Source: a virus. From it: DNA of 64,000 nt. Location of the stretch: IMG/VR virus record IMGVR_UViG_3300021961_000025; one strand, written 5' to 3'. The translations under genes and the position numbers were made by a program. The notes under the pieces are model-generated. The model worked only from the letters and a program-made list of their open reading frames with translations. It searched no databases and was not told the DNA's origin. This document shows positions 38,133-47,853 of the stretch, piece by piece (positions within the stretch are counted from its first letter, which is position 1; every line of letters starts with the position of its first letter).

Positions 38133-38795
38133 ATGATTGTACAATCGGTTGACGAATGGCAATGGGAAGTCGTGGCGATATCTAGACACGAGCATTTCAT
38201 TTTACAAAAGGCAACAGGTAAACAAGGCAAAGAAGGATGGATTGGTATACCAGCTGTCGAACTTTGCACCTTTACAGTTCTCAAAACAGGTCTATTATCT
38301 ATCTGTGATTGGGACAGCAAAAAAGAATTAGGAGTTATGGGACCAAACGTGAGGTTTCATTACTCTTATCTGATGGACGGATACGAGGGACGTGTCGATT
38401 ATTTTGGCAAACCTCTACCACCAAAAGAGGAAATACTTGCAACAGCGAGTAAAACTCACGTTAGACTTAAAACCGTAAGTGATGAGAGTGTATTTTATTG
38501 CATCTCCGATCCTTACGACAATATTATTTGGGATGGTGATTCTTATGTGGTCGATAAAGAAGATTACAAACATACTATCCAGCCAAGTAATACTTTGAAA
38601 TTTGTTCCATTAGACGATGGAATAAAACTAAATAATAAAAGTACCGAAAGGTATAAGATTATAAACTTAGCGATCTTTGATAAACCAATCGAGATTACAG
38701 GAAAGCTAAATAGAATGTATGCTATTGTAGCACCTAATGGTGTATACAAGAAACCTGTATCTACGCAAGATGTTCCTAGATACGTTAACGATTAA
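38133..38795 (+). CDS. Hypothetical protein inserted in the fibre cluster
   Basis: 220-aa ORF with its own late box at 38110 and SD AAGG. Confidence 0.6.
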   Translation: MIVQSVDEWQWEVVAISRHEHFILQKATGKQGKEGWIGIPAVELCTFTVLKTGLLSICDWDSKKELGVMGPNVRFHYSYLMDGYEGRVDYFGKPLPPKEEILATASKTHVRLKTVSDESVFYCISDPYDNIIWDGDSYVVDKEDYKHTIQPSNTLKFVPLDDGIKLNNKSTERYKIINLAIFDKPIEITGKLNRMYAIVAPNGVYKKPVSTQDVPRYVND

Positions 38796-38824
38796 GAACC
38801 AGAAATTTTGAACCGAGGATAAAA

Positions 38825-41800
38825 ATGCCAAAGAAACTCATTCCATTTGGATACGAAATTAACCTTGCTAATAATACCATTGGGATTCCAGGGAATTATC
38901 CAGCAGAACGTATCTTACTGATTACGAACGTAACCAAAAATAAAATTTTATATAACTTCGCAGATCCAACTGCAGGTTATACTTCAGTCATTTATGACGT
39001 AGACGATGACTACACACAGGTAAATACTGTATTGTCATTGAACGATACTGCGAACATGTCTTCGACAGCTGACGATATTCTTCAAATTTTCGTAGAAGAA
39101 GACTTCGCACGAATCGGCTTTGAAGAAGCAATGATCGACCCAGTTAACAAGTTGCGTGTATCGAATCCAGAAAACTTGATCGATACCGACTTCGAATACG
39201 GTCTACAGTCATCTAAATGGGAAACACTACAAACAGTGTTAAACATTCCTACAATCTATTCAACTTCAGGTGACACTCCACTTGAAGATTTGGTTTCTAT
39301 TATTACAACAGATGGTTCGAAACAAGTTAAAGTTACTGTTGGCGTCGACATGGATCTTAAACTCGGTGATCCTGTTGCTGTTCAAGGTACAACTAACATT
39401 TCTGCTGAAGGATACTTCCTAGTTTCTGGTATTGCTAGTACGAAGATCTTCTTCTATGAAATGGACAAAGAAGCAGTTACTTCAGAGGATATTTCTGGTT
39501 CATATTCTACTGTAATTCCTGCAAAATTCTTTGAAGGTTCTAATCTTAACCTCGATCTATCAACATCTGCTATTGTAACTGATGAAGCAAATCCTTCAAA
39601 CATTACAATTACTACTTCTGAAACTCACGGATTAAACGTTGGTACAAAAGTTTACTTACGTAATACTATCGGACCAAAAATTCTTGAGATTGCTGATCCA
39701 ACATTGACTGCTCCTGATGGACGTCCTTATGTTGACTCAGTTGCAGAATTAACAGTTACAAACACAGTTGATGCTACTACTCCAATCGGTGGTGGTGGAT
39801 ACCTAGAATTCCCTGTTGTTACATGGGACTGGGAACCAACTTATGTTAAGTATCTTTCTGCTGTTGACATTGACACAACACTAGATCAAATTACTTGGAC
39901 TGCACACGGATTGTCTGCAAACGCAGCAATTCTTTTCCAAACTCAGGTTCGTGGTCAAACCAATGCTGGTTTAGTAGATGGTACAGTTTACTACGCTAAT
40001 CCAATCGATGCTGACACAATCGAACTTTACACAGACTATCAAACTCTAGCATCTAGAGTAAACTTAACTGGTCTAGACATTACTCGTGGTCATCCACGTA
40101 TTGGTCTAGTTTACAAAGTTGAGGGTAACTCTGGTAACGATCGTTACACTTCATTCTATATGCGTAATATTCGTTCAAACGTTACTGGTTCTTATGATAT
40201 TGGAAACGTAAACAATACAAACTCTAACTCATTCACTTGGGATATTACCAACCATATGGGCACTGGACGTGTTCCAGTTGAATCAATTGTATACAACATC
40301 TACCACAGTGGTAACTTAGCTGGTGGTGGTAACTACGTTTCAACTACATTTACTGGAAGAAACTATCTTGGTTTAGGTTCAGGTAACGTTAGTTACAACG
40401 TTGGTGGTAAAGGTTCTAACACTGCAACAGAATCACCAAACTTAGACGTTACACGTTGTATCTACTTGTCTTCATCTAGATACTACATTAGTGTGACTTA
40501 CCAAGCAACTGGTTCTGTTATTACTCGAGACAAATTCGGTAACCCAACAAACAGTTTCCGTATTATTTACTATATCAGATTCCGTGACGTTCCTACTACA
40601 ATGAACGCTGACCATTCTGGTTCTGACTTATCGCAAGCTACATTCGGTTTAGGTCGTGATGCTGGAGCAAGAGTTTTTGCTTTCCAATCACGTACTCCTG
40701 GAACTGCATATCAAAACGCTGCAGATAACTATTCATATCTTGTTAACCAAAGAAACAATGGTCGTTACGGTACTGGTATTATTAGATACAACTATCAAGT
40801 AACTACTTCTAATGGTCTTGGTATTCTTACTACAAACTATAACGATCCAAACAGAGAAGAATACTCAAGCAACAGTACTCACATTTACTACGGTATGGCA
40901 AAAGACTTGTCATCTTTCCGTAACTTGATCTACGCTCAAGCACACGGACTAGAAGATGGCGATTCTGCTCTTGTTACAGTAACAAACTATTCAACTACAA
41001 ACAGATTTGCGTTTGTTGATGGTAATGGTAACTCAGTTGCTATTGCTCAAACAACATTCAATGCTACTGTTTCTGTAGTTTCTGATAACTACTTCAGATT
41101 ACAGATTAATCAGACACCAAACACTGATGATATTTCTGAATTCCCTGAAGAGTTCTCAATCGAAACACAAAAAGTTAACCCACTTTACAACTCTATCTAC
41201 ATCCAAAACCATAAGATCGTAGGTACTGCTACTGCACGTTATACTACTGCTGGTACTGTAATTGGTGGATTAACAAACAACACAATCTACTCACTACAAT
41301 ATCTAAACGACTCTCGTTTGATTGTTAAAGATGCATCTGTTGCTGACAACAGTAACTCTGCAACTACAACTGCATTTGGTTCAAGTTCTAACGCACAGAA
41401 CCAAGCGTTTACTATTGATGTTGAAACACCTATCGGATTCTTACCAGCTAACGTAACAATTACTGGTGTTCAGTTCCGTGGTGACTTCTCTGCTCGAAAC
41501 GAGTTCGTAACTCTTAACTTTGCAGACGCAACATCATACAGTATTGGTAGATCTGGTGGTCAGGATACTAGCGTATGGCTAGACGATCCAACTTGGGTTG
41601 CTAAAAACGTTTCTGCGTTGTTAGTAAACAGTGGTTCACCTGCTAAAAAATCTATTCAAGTTACTGCGTCTCCAACTTCTGCGATTAACTTTACAGTTTC
41701 TGGTATGTCACGTTGGTGGGAAATTCGTTTCCAAATCAGTGCTGTCTCTGGTGATATTCTATTATCTTCAGCTGGTAGTGGATTACAAACGTTTACTGTT

Positions 41801-44347
41801 AACTCTCTTGAAGGAGCATACGATGGTGTTTATAACATCACTTCGATTCCTACAACAAACCAATTCGTAGTTTCTGCAGACTTTGAGATTCCAAAACGAC
41901 AATACGAATTTGATGCGTTTAACGATGTGTCACAGGGTACTGACGCTATTACGTTGGGAGTTTCCTCTCCTTATACACCACACAACTTGTATCAAGGTGA
42001 GCAATTAACTTACAATCAAAACAGTCAGGCGACTGATATTATCAATAACGTCAACGTTACTGCATTGTATGCGATTCCAATTAACCAATACGAAACTCTA
42101 ATTGCAGAATCTTATGCTTCTGCTCTAGCTGGACAACGTATTCAGTTAACTCCTGCTTCAGCTACTGAAACACAATATCTAGAAACTACTTCTCTTGTTA
42201 AGTCTACAATTCAAGAGGGTTCAGTTGCTGGTGCAATCAATGGAAACAGATTAACTGGTTCTGGTACTAAGTTCTTATCAGACTACAAACGTGGTGATAC
42301 AATTTGGATCGTGGTTGATGGTCGTTTACAAGGATTTACTGTAGACGTTATTACTACTGATGAACAGTTGTACATTACTGGTACTTTCCCAGCTGCATTT
42401 GCAAATGCGGAATACTTCTTGTTAACTCAGTCTAACTTACGTCCTGATGGATACTCTCTACACAAATCATTCGATGGTGGTGTGGATATTACTGCTGGTA
42501 CTTCACCAAACAGTAAGATTGTTCGTCAATCTCGTAAGTACTTCCGTTATCAGTCTGGTAAAGGTATTCAAAACTCATACGCAATTAACTTCTCACCTGC
42601 GAAAACAGTTGCTTCATTGACTTTCTCTGATGCTACTGGTGCTAACGTAGTGACAGTTAGATGTCAAGAGCCACATAACTTAAAACTGAACGATCAGATT
42701 ATTATGTCTGAAGCTGTAGTTACTACTGGTAACAACGTATACAACGGAACATTCTCTGTTGCATCAGTTAGTGACTTGTTTACTTACACTTACCTCGTTG
42801 GTTCTGTTCCTACTCAGCAAAAAGCTGCAGGATTCCCAGAGTACTCTCGTGACTCTTGGCGTGACTCTGCAATTCGTGCAGGTATGTTCGATGATCAAAA
42901 CGGATTCTTCTTTGAATACGATGGTCAAGATCTATACGCAGTAAGACGTTCTTCAACACTACAGTTATCTGGTACAGTTAATGCGTCATTCGGTTCACAG
43001 GTTATCACTGGTAACAATACTTCGTTTACTACTCAGCTAAACGCTGGTAATAACATTGTTATTCGTGGACAGTCTTATCGAATCGTTGAAATTTCTTCAG
43101 ATAACCGATTAGTTGTTCAACCAGCTTACAAAGGTGTAACTGCAAGAAACATTAAGATTACAAAAACTGTTGATGTGAAAACACCAAGTACTGAATTCTC
43201 AGTCGACCCAATGGATGGAACTGGTCCAACTGGATACGTGTTTAACGTACACAAAATTCAGATGGCATACCACGACTACTCATGGTATGGTGCTGGTAAG
43301 ATTCGTTACGGATTCAAGGATAGAAAAGGACACGTCCATTACTTCCACGAATATATTCACAACAACAAATTGAACGAATCATACTTCCGTTCTGGTAACT
43401 TACCTGGAAGATACGAGATTGAAAATGGTAATAACCCATCTTCTGCTCCTACTCTATTCCACTTTGGTACTTCTATCATTATGGATGGTACGTTCGATGA
43501 CGACGAATCATACTTGTTTACTGCTAACTCTAAACCAATGGTGTTTGCACAGGGTGCTGCTCAGTCCTTTACGACTGCTGGTGCTTCTACTTTCGAAGAA
43601 ATTACATTAAACGCTAATCGTGTTTACGTGTATGCTCTTCCAGTAAGTGCTGCAAATGCTGCATTAGTCAAAGTGGGTCAGTTAATTTCTGACGCTAGCG
43701 ACATTCTTCCTGAGAAATCTTATGTTACTCAGGTTATTGTTTCTGGTGCAAACTCTAAAGTCTATGCTTCATACCCTGCAACTAAAGTGGTTCCAGTTGG
43801 ATACTCTCAAATTGCTAGTGGTGCTACTTTGAACATCGGTGAAACAGCGTTCGGTAATGGTTCAGTTGACTTAACTCGACCAATTCCATTAATCTCTATT
43901 CGTCTTGCTCCATCTGTTGACTCTGGTCTAACAGGTGCTGTCGGTGAACGTGAGATTATTAACCGAATGCAATTAAAACTAAAATCTGCTGGTGTTACAA
44001 CCAACAAGGACGTGGAGATCTTCTTCATCCTTAACGGATTACCAAGTAAATTGACTTATGATAAGGTTGCTGCTCCATCACTATCAGAATTGATTTCGCA
44101 CGACACAGGTGACATTATCCAACGTGGTACTGTTATCTTCTCGACTAAATCATCTGCTGGTTCGATTGAGATCGATCTTGATAAGTTGATCGACATGGGT
44201 AACTCTATTATGGGTGGTGACTCGGTGTTCCCTGCTGGTCCAGACTTATTGACTGTTGCGGTACAGCCACAAGATACTTCTGGAATTAGTAGTGCTTCGC
44301 CAATGCAGGTATCAGGAAAAATTTCTTGGTCTGAATCTCAAGCGTAA
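38825..44347 (+). CDS. Large virion/fibre structural protein, 1840 aa
   Basis: LLITNVT...YNFADP N-terminus, LIDTDFEYGLQ..KWE, repeated HGL..G modules, RQSRKYFRYQSGKG, YSWYGAG, PLISIRLAPSVD. Confidence 0.8.
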   Translation: MPKKLIPFGYEINLANNTIGIPGNYPAERILLITNVTKNKILYNFADPTAGYTSVIYDVDDDYTQVNTVLSLNDTANMSSTADDILQIFVEEDFARIGFEEAMIDPVNKLRVSNPENLIDTDFEYGLQSSKWETLQTVLNIPTIYSTSGDTPLEDLVSIITTDGSKQVKVTVGVDMDLKLGDPVAVQGTTNISAEGYFLVSGIASTKIFFYEMDKEAVTSEDISGSYSTVIPAKFFEGSNLNLDLSTSAIVTDEANPSNITITTSETHGLNVGTKVYLRNTIGPKILEIADPTLTAPDGRPYVDSVAELTVTNTVDATTPIGGGGYLEFPVVTWDWEPTYVKYLSAVDIDTTLDQITWTAHGLSANAAILFQTQVRGQTNAGLVDGTVYYANPIDADTIELYTDYQTLASRVNLTGLDITRGHPRIGLVYKVEGNSGNDRYTSFYMRNIRSNVTGSYDIGNVNNTNSNSFTWDITNHMGTGRVPVESIVYNIYHSGNLAGGGNYVSTTFTGRNYLGLGSGNVSYNVGGKGSNTATESPNLDVTRCIYLSSSRYYISVTYQATGSVITRDKFGNPTNSFRIIYYIRFRDVPTTMNADHSGSDLSQATFGLGRDAGARVFAFQSRTPGTAYQNAADNYSYLVNQRNNGRYGTGIIRYNYQVTTSNGLGILTTNYNDPNREEYSSNSTHIYYGMAKDLSSFRNLIYAQAHGLEDGDSALVTVTNYSTTNRFAFVDGNGNSVAIAQTTFNATVSVVSDNYFRLQINQTPNTDDISEFPEEFSIETQKVNPLYNSIYIQNHKIVGTATARYTTAGTVIGGLTNNTIYSLQYLNDSRLIVKDASVADNSNSATTTAFGSSSNAQNQAFTIDVETPIGFLPANVTITGVQFRGDFSARNEFVTLNFADATSYSIGRSGGQDTSVWLDDPTWVAKNVSALLVNSGSPAKKSIQVTASPTSAINFTVSGMSRWWEIRFQISAVSGDILLSSAGSGLQTFTVNSLEGAYDGVYNITSIPTTNQFVVSADFEIPKRQYEFDAFNDVSQGTDAITLGVSSPYTPHNLYQGEQLTYNQNSQATDIINNVNVTALYAIPINQYETLIAESYASALAGQRIQLTPASATETQYLETTSLVKSTIQEGSVAGAINGNRLTGSGTKFLSDYKRGDTIWIVVDGRLQGFTVDVITTDEQLYITGTFPAAFANAEYFLLTQSNLRPDGYSLHKSFDGGVDITAGTSPNSKIVRQSRKYFRYQSGKGIQNSYAINFSPAKTVASLTFSDATGANVVTVRCQEPHNLKLNDQIIMSEAVVTTGNNVYNGTFSVASVSDLFTYTYLVGSVPTQQKAAGFPEYSRDSWRDSAIRAGMFDDQNGFFFEYDGQDLYAVRRSSTLQLSGTVNASFGSQVITGNNTSFTTQLNAGNNIVIRGQSYRIVEISSDNRLVVQPAYKGVTARNIKITKTVDVKTPSTEFSVDPMDGTGPTGYVFNVHKIQMAYHDYSWYGAGKIRYGFKDRKGHVHYFHEYIHNNKLNESYFRSGNLPGRYEIENGNNPSSAPTLFHFGTSIIMDGTFDDDESYLFTANSKPMVFAQGAAQSFTTAGASTFEEITLNANRVYVYALPVSAANAALVKVGQLISDASDILPEKSYVTQVIVSGANSKVYASYPATKVVPVGYSQIASGATLNIGETAFGNGSVDLTRPIPLISIRLAPSVDSGLTGAVGEREIINRMQLKLKSAGVTTNKDVEIFFILNGLPSKLTYDKVAAPSLSELISHDTGDIIQRGTVIFSTKSSAGSIEIDLDKLIDMGNSIMGGDSVFPAGPDLLTVAVQPQDTSGISSASPMQVSGKISWSESQA

Positions 44348-44359
44348 GGGGGAGAAATC

Positions 44360-44962
44360 GTGCCTTATCTTGGAAGAGAACCAACATACGGAAGTTTCGA
44401 GAAACAGGTGTTCGCTACTAATAATAGCGACACCTCGTTCCTCCTAGACTATCCTGTTGGTAGTGCATCAAGTGTACTGATTACAAAAGATGGTTTAGTT
44501 TTAACACCTGAAGTTGATTATACAATTTCTGGTGGTGGATCGACAATCAATATTTCTGGTGCTGCTCTTGCATCTTCTGTTAAATTAGTTGCTGTCTTTT
44601 TATCAAAACAGCAATCAGTAAACACAGTAGCTGACAGTTCGATCACTGCTTCAAAATTATCGACTGGTCCAAGAAAGTCTGTTGTTAATTCGTACGAGAT
44701 TATTTCTGCTAGCCAAACTCTAATTGCTGGTAATCACTATTTCGCTGATGGCTTAGGTGCAACTATTAATCTAGTTTTACCTGTTGCGTCATTAGGCGAC
44801 ACTGTGCGTATTGCAAAAGTAGGTGCTACTGGAACAGTTAATATTGTTCCAAATACAGGACAAAAGATTGAGGGTGCGACTGTAGTAAGTCAAACTCTAA
44901 CAAGTTACGAAACTAATACCTATGTGTATACAAATACAACATATGGATGGGTTAGAAATTAA
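44360..44962 (+). CDS. Structural protein (MPYLG type)
   Basis: MPYLGREP, DSSITASKL, C-terminal VYTNTTYGW. Confidence 0.7.
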   Translation: MPYLGREPTYGSFEKQVFATNNSDTSFLLDYPVGSASSVLITKDGLVLTPEVDYTISGGGSTINISGAALASSVKLVAVFLSKQQSVNTVADSSITASKLSTGPRKSVVNSYEIISASQTLIAGNHYFADGLGATINLVLPVASLGDTVRIAKVGATGTVNIVPNTGQKIEGATVVSQTLTSYETNTYVYTNTTYGWVRN

Positions 44963-44990
44963 ATTCTAACTAAATAAGAAGAGAAACGGA

Positions 44991-45329
44991 ATGGCAATAA
45001 TAGTAGATTTCTTTATCGATCAAGGATCTGATTATGAGAACATCATAACTATTAATGATAGTTCTGGATCACCACGTAATCTGACTGGATATACTGTGGC
45101 GAGTCAAATAAGAAAAGGACATGGATCAACTACAAGTTATCCATTTACTGCTGCTTTGTTTGGAAATGATCCAGCGACTGGAAGAATTATATTAACTCTG
45201 ACTAATACTCAGACTTCGGCAATTCCTGCTGGTAGGTATGTTTATGATATTGAATTAACATCTCCTGCAGGTAAAAAGTCTAGAGTCATAGAAGGAATAG
45301 TAACTTTAAGTCCAGAAACAACGAGGTAA
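44991..45329 (+). CDS. BppU-like small adaptor protein
   Basis: IDQGSDY, NLTGYTVASQIRK, GRYVYDIEL, RVIEGIVTLSPETTR. Confidence 0.7.
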   Translation: MAIIVDFFIDQGSDYENIITINDSSGSPRNLTGYTVASQIRKGHGSTTSYPFTAALFGNDPATGRIILTLTNTQTSAIPAGRYVYDIELTSPAGKKSRVIEGIVTLSPETTR

Positions 45330-45332
45330 TAA

Positions 45333-45620
45333 ATGTCAACAGTAACAACCAACTTAAATACGCAAGAAGGAAGTACGCTAGAGACACAGGTTACTGCTGC
45401 TGATACTACGAGTTCAGGTAGTAGTACAAGTTCCTCGACGTCATCTGGTCAAATAACATCAGGGCAGACTTCTGGTCTCCCACTCTCTGAAAACTCGGAA
45501 GTAGACGTAGTAGCAGAGGGATTAGTGAATGGTTCAGTATTGGTGTACCGATCCACAACGTCAAAATGGACGTCTACCATAAACCTCAATGCTCAAAACA
45601 TGGACGCTGGGGAATTCTAA
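45333..45620 (+). CDS. Small Ser/Thr-rich structural protein
   Basis: NGSVLVY..TTSKW, ends MDAGEF; SD GAGG. Confidence 0.65.
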   Translation: MSTVTTNLNTQEGSTLETQVTAADTTSSGSSTSSSTSSGQITSGQTSGLPLSENSEVDVVAEGLVNGSVLVYRSTTSKWTSTINLNAQNMDAGEF

Positions 45621-45639
45621 AAATTAGGAGATATAACAA

Positions 45640-47484
45640 ATGGCATCGTTAATTAGAATTAAAAGATCTTCCGTAGCAGGTAATCCAACTACCCTTGCTG
45701 CTGGAGAACTTGCATATTCAGCGTTACCTGACAATGGCTCAAATGGTGGCGAAAGACTGTATATTGGTATTGGTACTGAGACAAATGGTAATGCTGCGAA
45801 TCACTACGTGGTTGGTGGTAAATATTTCACAGACAGTATTGATGCAGCAACATCTGCAAATACTGCTAACACAATTATTAAACGTGATGCGAATGGCGAC
45901 TTTGCTGCTGGCACAATCACTGCAACAAGATTTTCTGGTGCAATCGATGGCGCAGGCATTGACGTTAACTCGGTTACATTAGGCACACAAACAACTGGTA
46001 ATTACCTAGCAACTTTAGCAGATGCTGGTAACTCAAACTTAGTCGTTGTTGGCTCAGGATCTGAAACTGCTGCTGTAACATTAGATCTTTCTGATACTGG
46101 TGTAACTGGTGGACAGTACGGATCTGCAACAGCAATTCCTCAGATTACAGTTGACGCAAAAGGACGTGTCACTGCTGCTGGAACAATAAACGTAGCGACT
46201 TCATTATCTGTTAATGCCGAGTCAGGCACAGGTGATGGTGTTGATCTATTAACTGATTCACTTACAATCAATGGTGACGCAAGTCATCTTTCTACTTCGA
46301 TTACAGGCGACACAGTAACTATCTCCTCAGATGCCACTGAATTAAATACTGCTAGCACAATCGTTGCGAGAGATGCAAGTGGAAACTTTTCTGCTGGAAC
46401 AATTACTGCTAACTTAACTGGTAACGTGACTGGTGATGTAACTGGTGACATTACTGGTGATGTAACATCTTCAAACGTAATTATCTCTGGTGGATCAATC
46501 GACACAACAATGATTGGTGCTGTTGATCCTGCATATGGTGCATTCACTACTTTACAAGCTACTACTCCATCTTTCACTGGTAATCTAGACATGAACAGCA
46601 ACAACATCGTGAATGTTGCTGAACCAACACAATCACACCATGCTGCGACTAAATCATATGTTGATGCTGTTAAGACTGGTTTAGATGTTAAAGATTCAGT
46701 TAAAGTTGCGACTACTGAAAACATTGCTCTTGATGGAACTCAAGCAAGCGTCGATGGTGTTGCATTGACTGATGGCGATCGTGTTCTTGTTAAGAATCAA
46801 ACTGATCAAACAGAAAATGGTATCTACGTAGTTTCAACTTCTGGAAACTGGTCTCGTTCAACTGATGCTGACAACAATCCTGGAAACGAAGTTTCTGGTG
46901 GTATGTTTACTTTCGTTGAATCAGGAACTGTAAATGCTGACTCAGGTTGGGTATTATCTAACGTAACTGGTAATGCTGTTCTTGGTACTGACAGTTTACA
47001 ATTCTCTCAGTTCTCTGGTGCTGGTCAAATTATTGCTGGTATTGCTTTAAGCAAAACTGGTAATACTATTGACGTTAACGTTTCTACTAATGGTGGTCTT
47101 AATGTAAATGGTTCAGATCAATTAGAATTAGATTCAAATGTATCTGGTGCTGGTTTAACATTAACAAATGGTGTTCTTGACGTAGTTGGTACTGCAAATA
47201 GAATTACTGTTAATGCAAATGATATTGATATTGCTTCAACTTACGTTGGTCAAACATCAATTACAACTTTAGGTACTATCGATACTGGTACATGGGAAGG
47301 AACAACTATTGCTGCTGGTTATGGTGGTACTGGTTTATCTTCTTACACAGTAGGTGACTTAGTATACGCAAGTGGCGCAACTACTCTAGCTAAATTAGCA
47401 ATGGGTAATGCTGGCACTGTGTTACAAGTTAATAGTGCTGGTAGTGCATTGACTTACGGAGATCTTGATGGTGGTACTTATTAA
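45640..47484 (+). CDS. Tail fibre protein
   Basis: IRIKRS..GELAY N-terminus, ITVDAKGRVTAA, AATKSYVD, DRVLVKNQT..ENGIY, ends DGGTY. Confidence 0.8.
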   Translation: MASLIRIKRSSVAGNPTTLAAGELAYSALPDNGSNGGERLYIGIGTETNGNAANHYVVGGKYFTDSIDAATSANTANTIIKRDANGDFAAGTITATRFSGAIDGAGIDVNSVTLGTQTTGNYLATLADAGNSNLVVVGSGSETAAVTLDLSDTGVTGGQYGSATAIPQITVDAKGRVTAAGTINVATSLSVNAESGTGDGVDLLTDSLTINGDASHLSTSITGDTVTISSDATELNTASTIVARDASGNFSAGTITANLTGNVTGDVTGDITGDVTSSNVIISGGSIDTTMIGAVDPAYGAFTTLQATTPSFTGNLDMNSNNIVNVAEPTQSHHAATKSYVDAVKTGLDVKDSVKVATTENIALDGTQASVDGVALTDGDRVLVKNQTDQTENGIYVVSTSGNWSRSTDADNNPGNEVSGGMFTFVESGTVNADSGWVLSNVTGNAVLGTDSLQFSQFSGAGQIIAGIALSKTGNTIDVNVSTNGGLNVNGSDQLELDSNVSGAGLTLTNGVLDVVGTANRITVNANDIDIASTYVGQTSITTLGTIDTGTWEGTTIAAGYGGTGLSSYTVGDLVYASGATTLAKLAMGNAGTVLQVNSAGSALTYGDLDGGTY

Positions 47485-47509
47485 TAAATAGTAAGTAAGG
47501 AAACCATCA

Positions 47510-47839
47510 ATGGCAAACGTAATTAAAATCAAAGGCTCTGGAGTTGCTAGTTCAACTCCATCCTCTCTTGAATATAGAGAGTTAGCATTAAACTATGCTG
47601 ACAAAAAACTTTATTTCAAGGACAGCACTGGTGCTATCGATTTCTTCGATGCATCTGCTGGTGGCGTAACTGATAACGTACTTAACGATACAGTTATACA
47701 CGGAGTCTTTCCAACTGGAGACTATGGCGACTTTGGTGTTGGGACACTTGATGCGTTTGGAATAAGAACAAACTTTAAAACCTATGAATGCATGGGTGGA
47801 ATTGGGTATCTACGTCAGATAGATCTTGGTTCATTATAG
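47510..47839 (+). CDS. Small fibre-associated protein
   Basis: IKIK...PSSL...ELALNYADKKLYFKD N-terminal module; ends IDLGSL. Confidence 0.7.
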   Translation: MANVIKIKGSGVASSTPSSLEYRELALNYADKKLYFKDSTGAIDFFDASAGGVTDNVLNDTVIHGVFPTGDYGDFGVGTLDAFGIRTNFKTYECMGGIGYLRQIDLGSL

Positions 47840-47853
47840 TTAGGGAAATTTAG

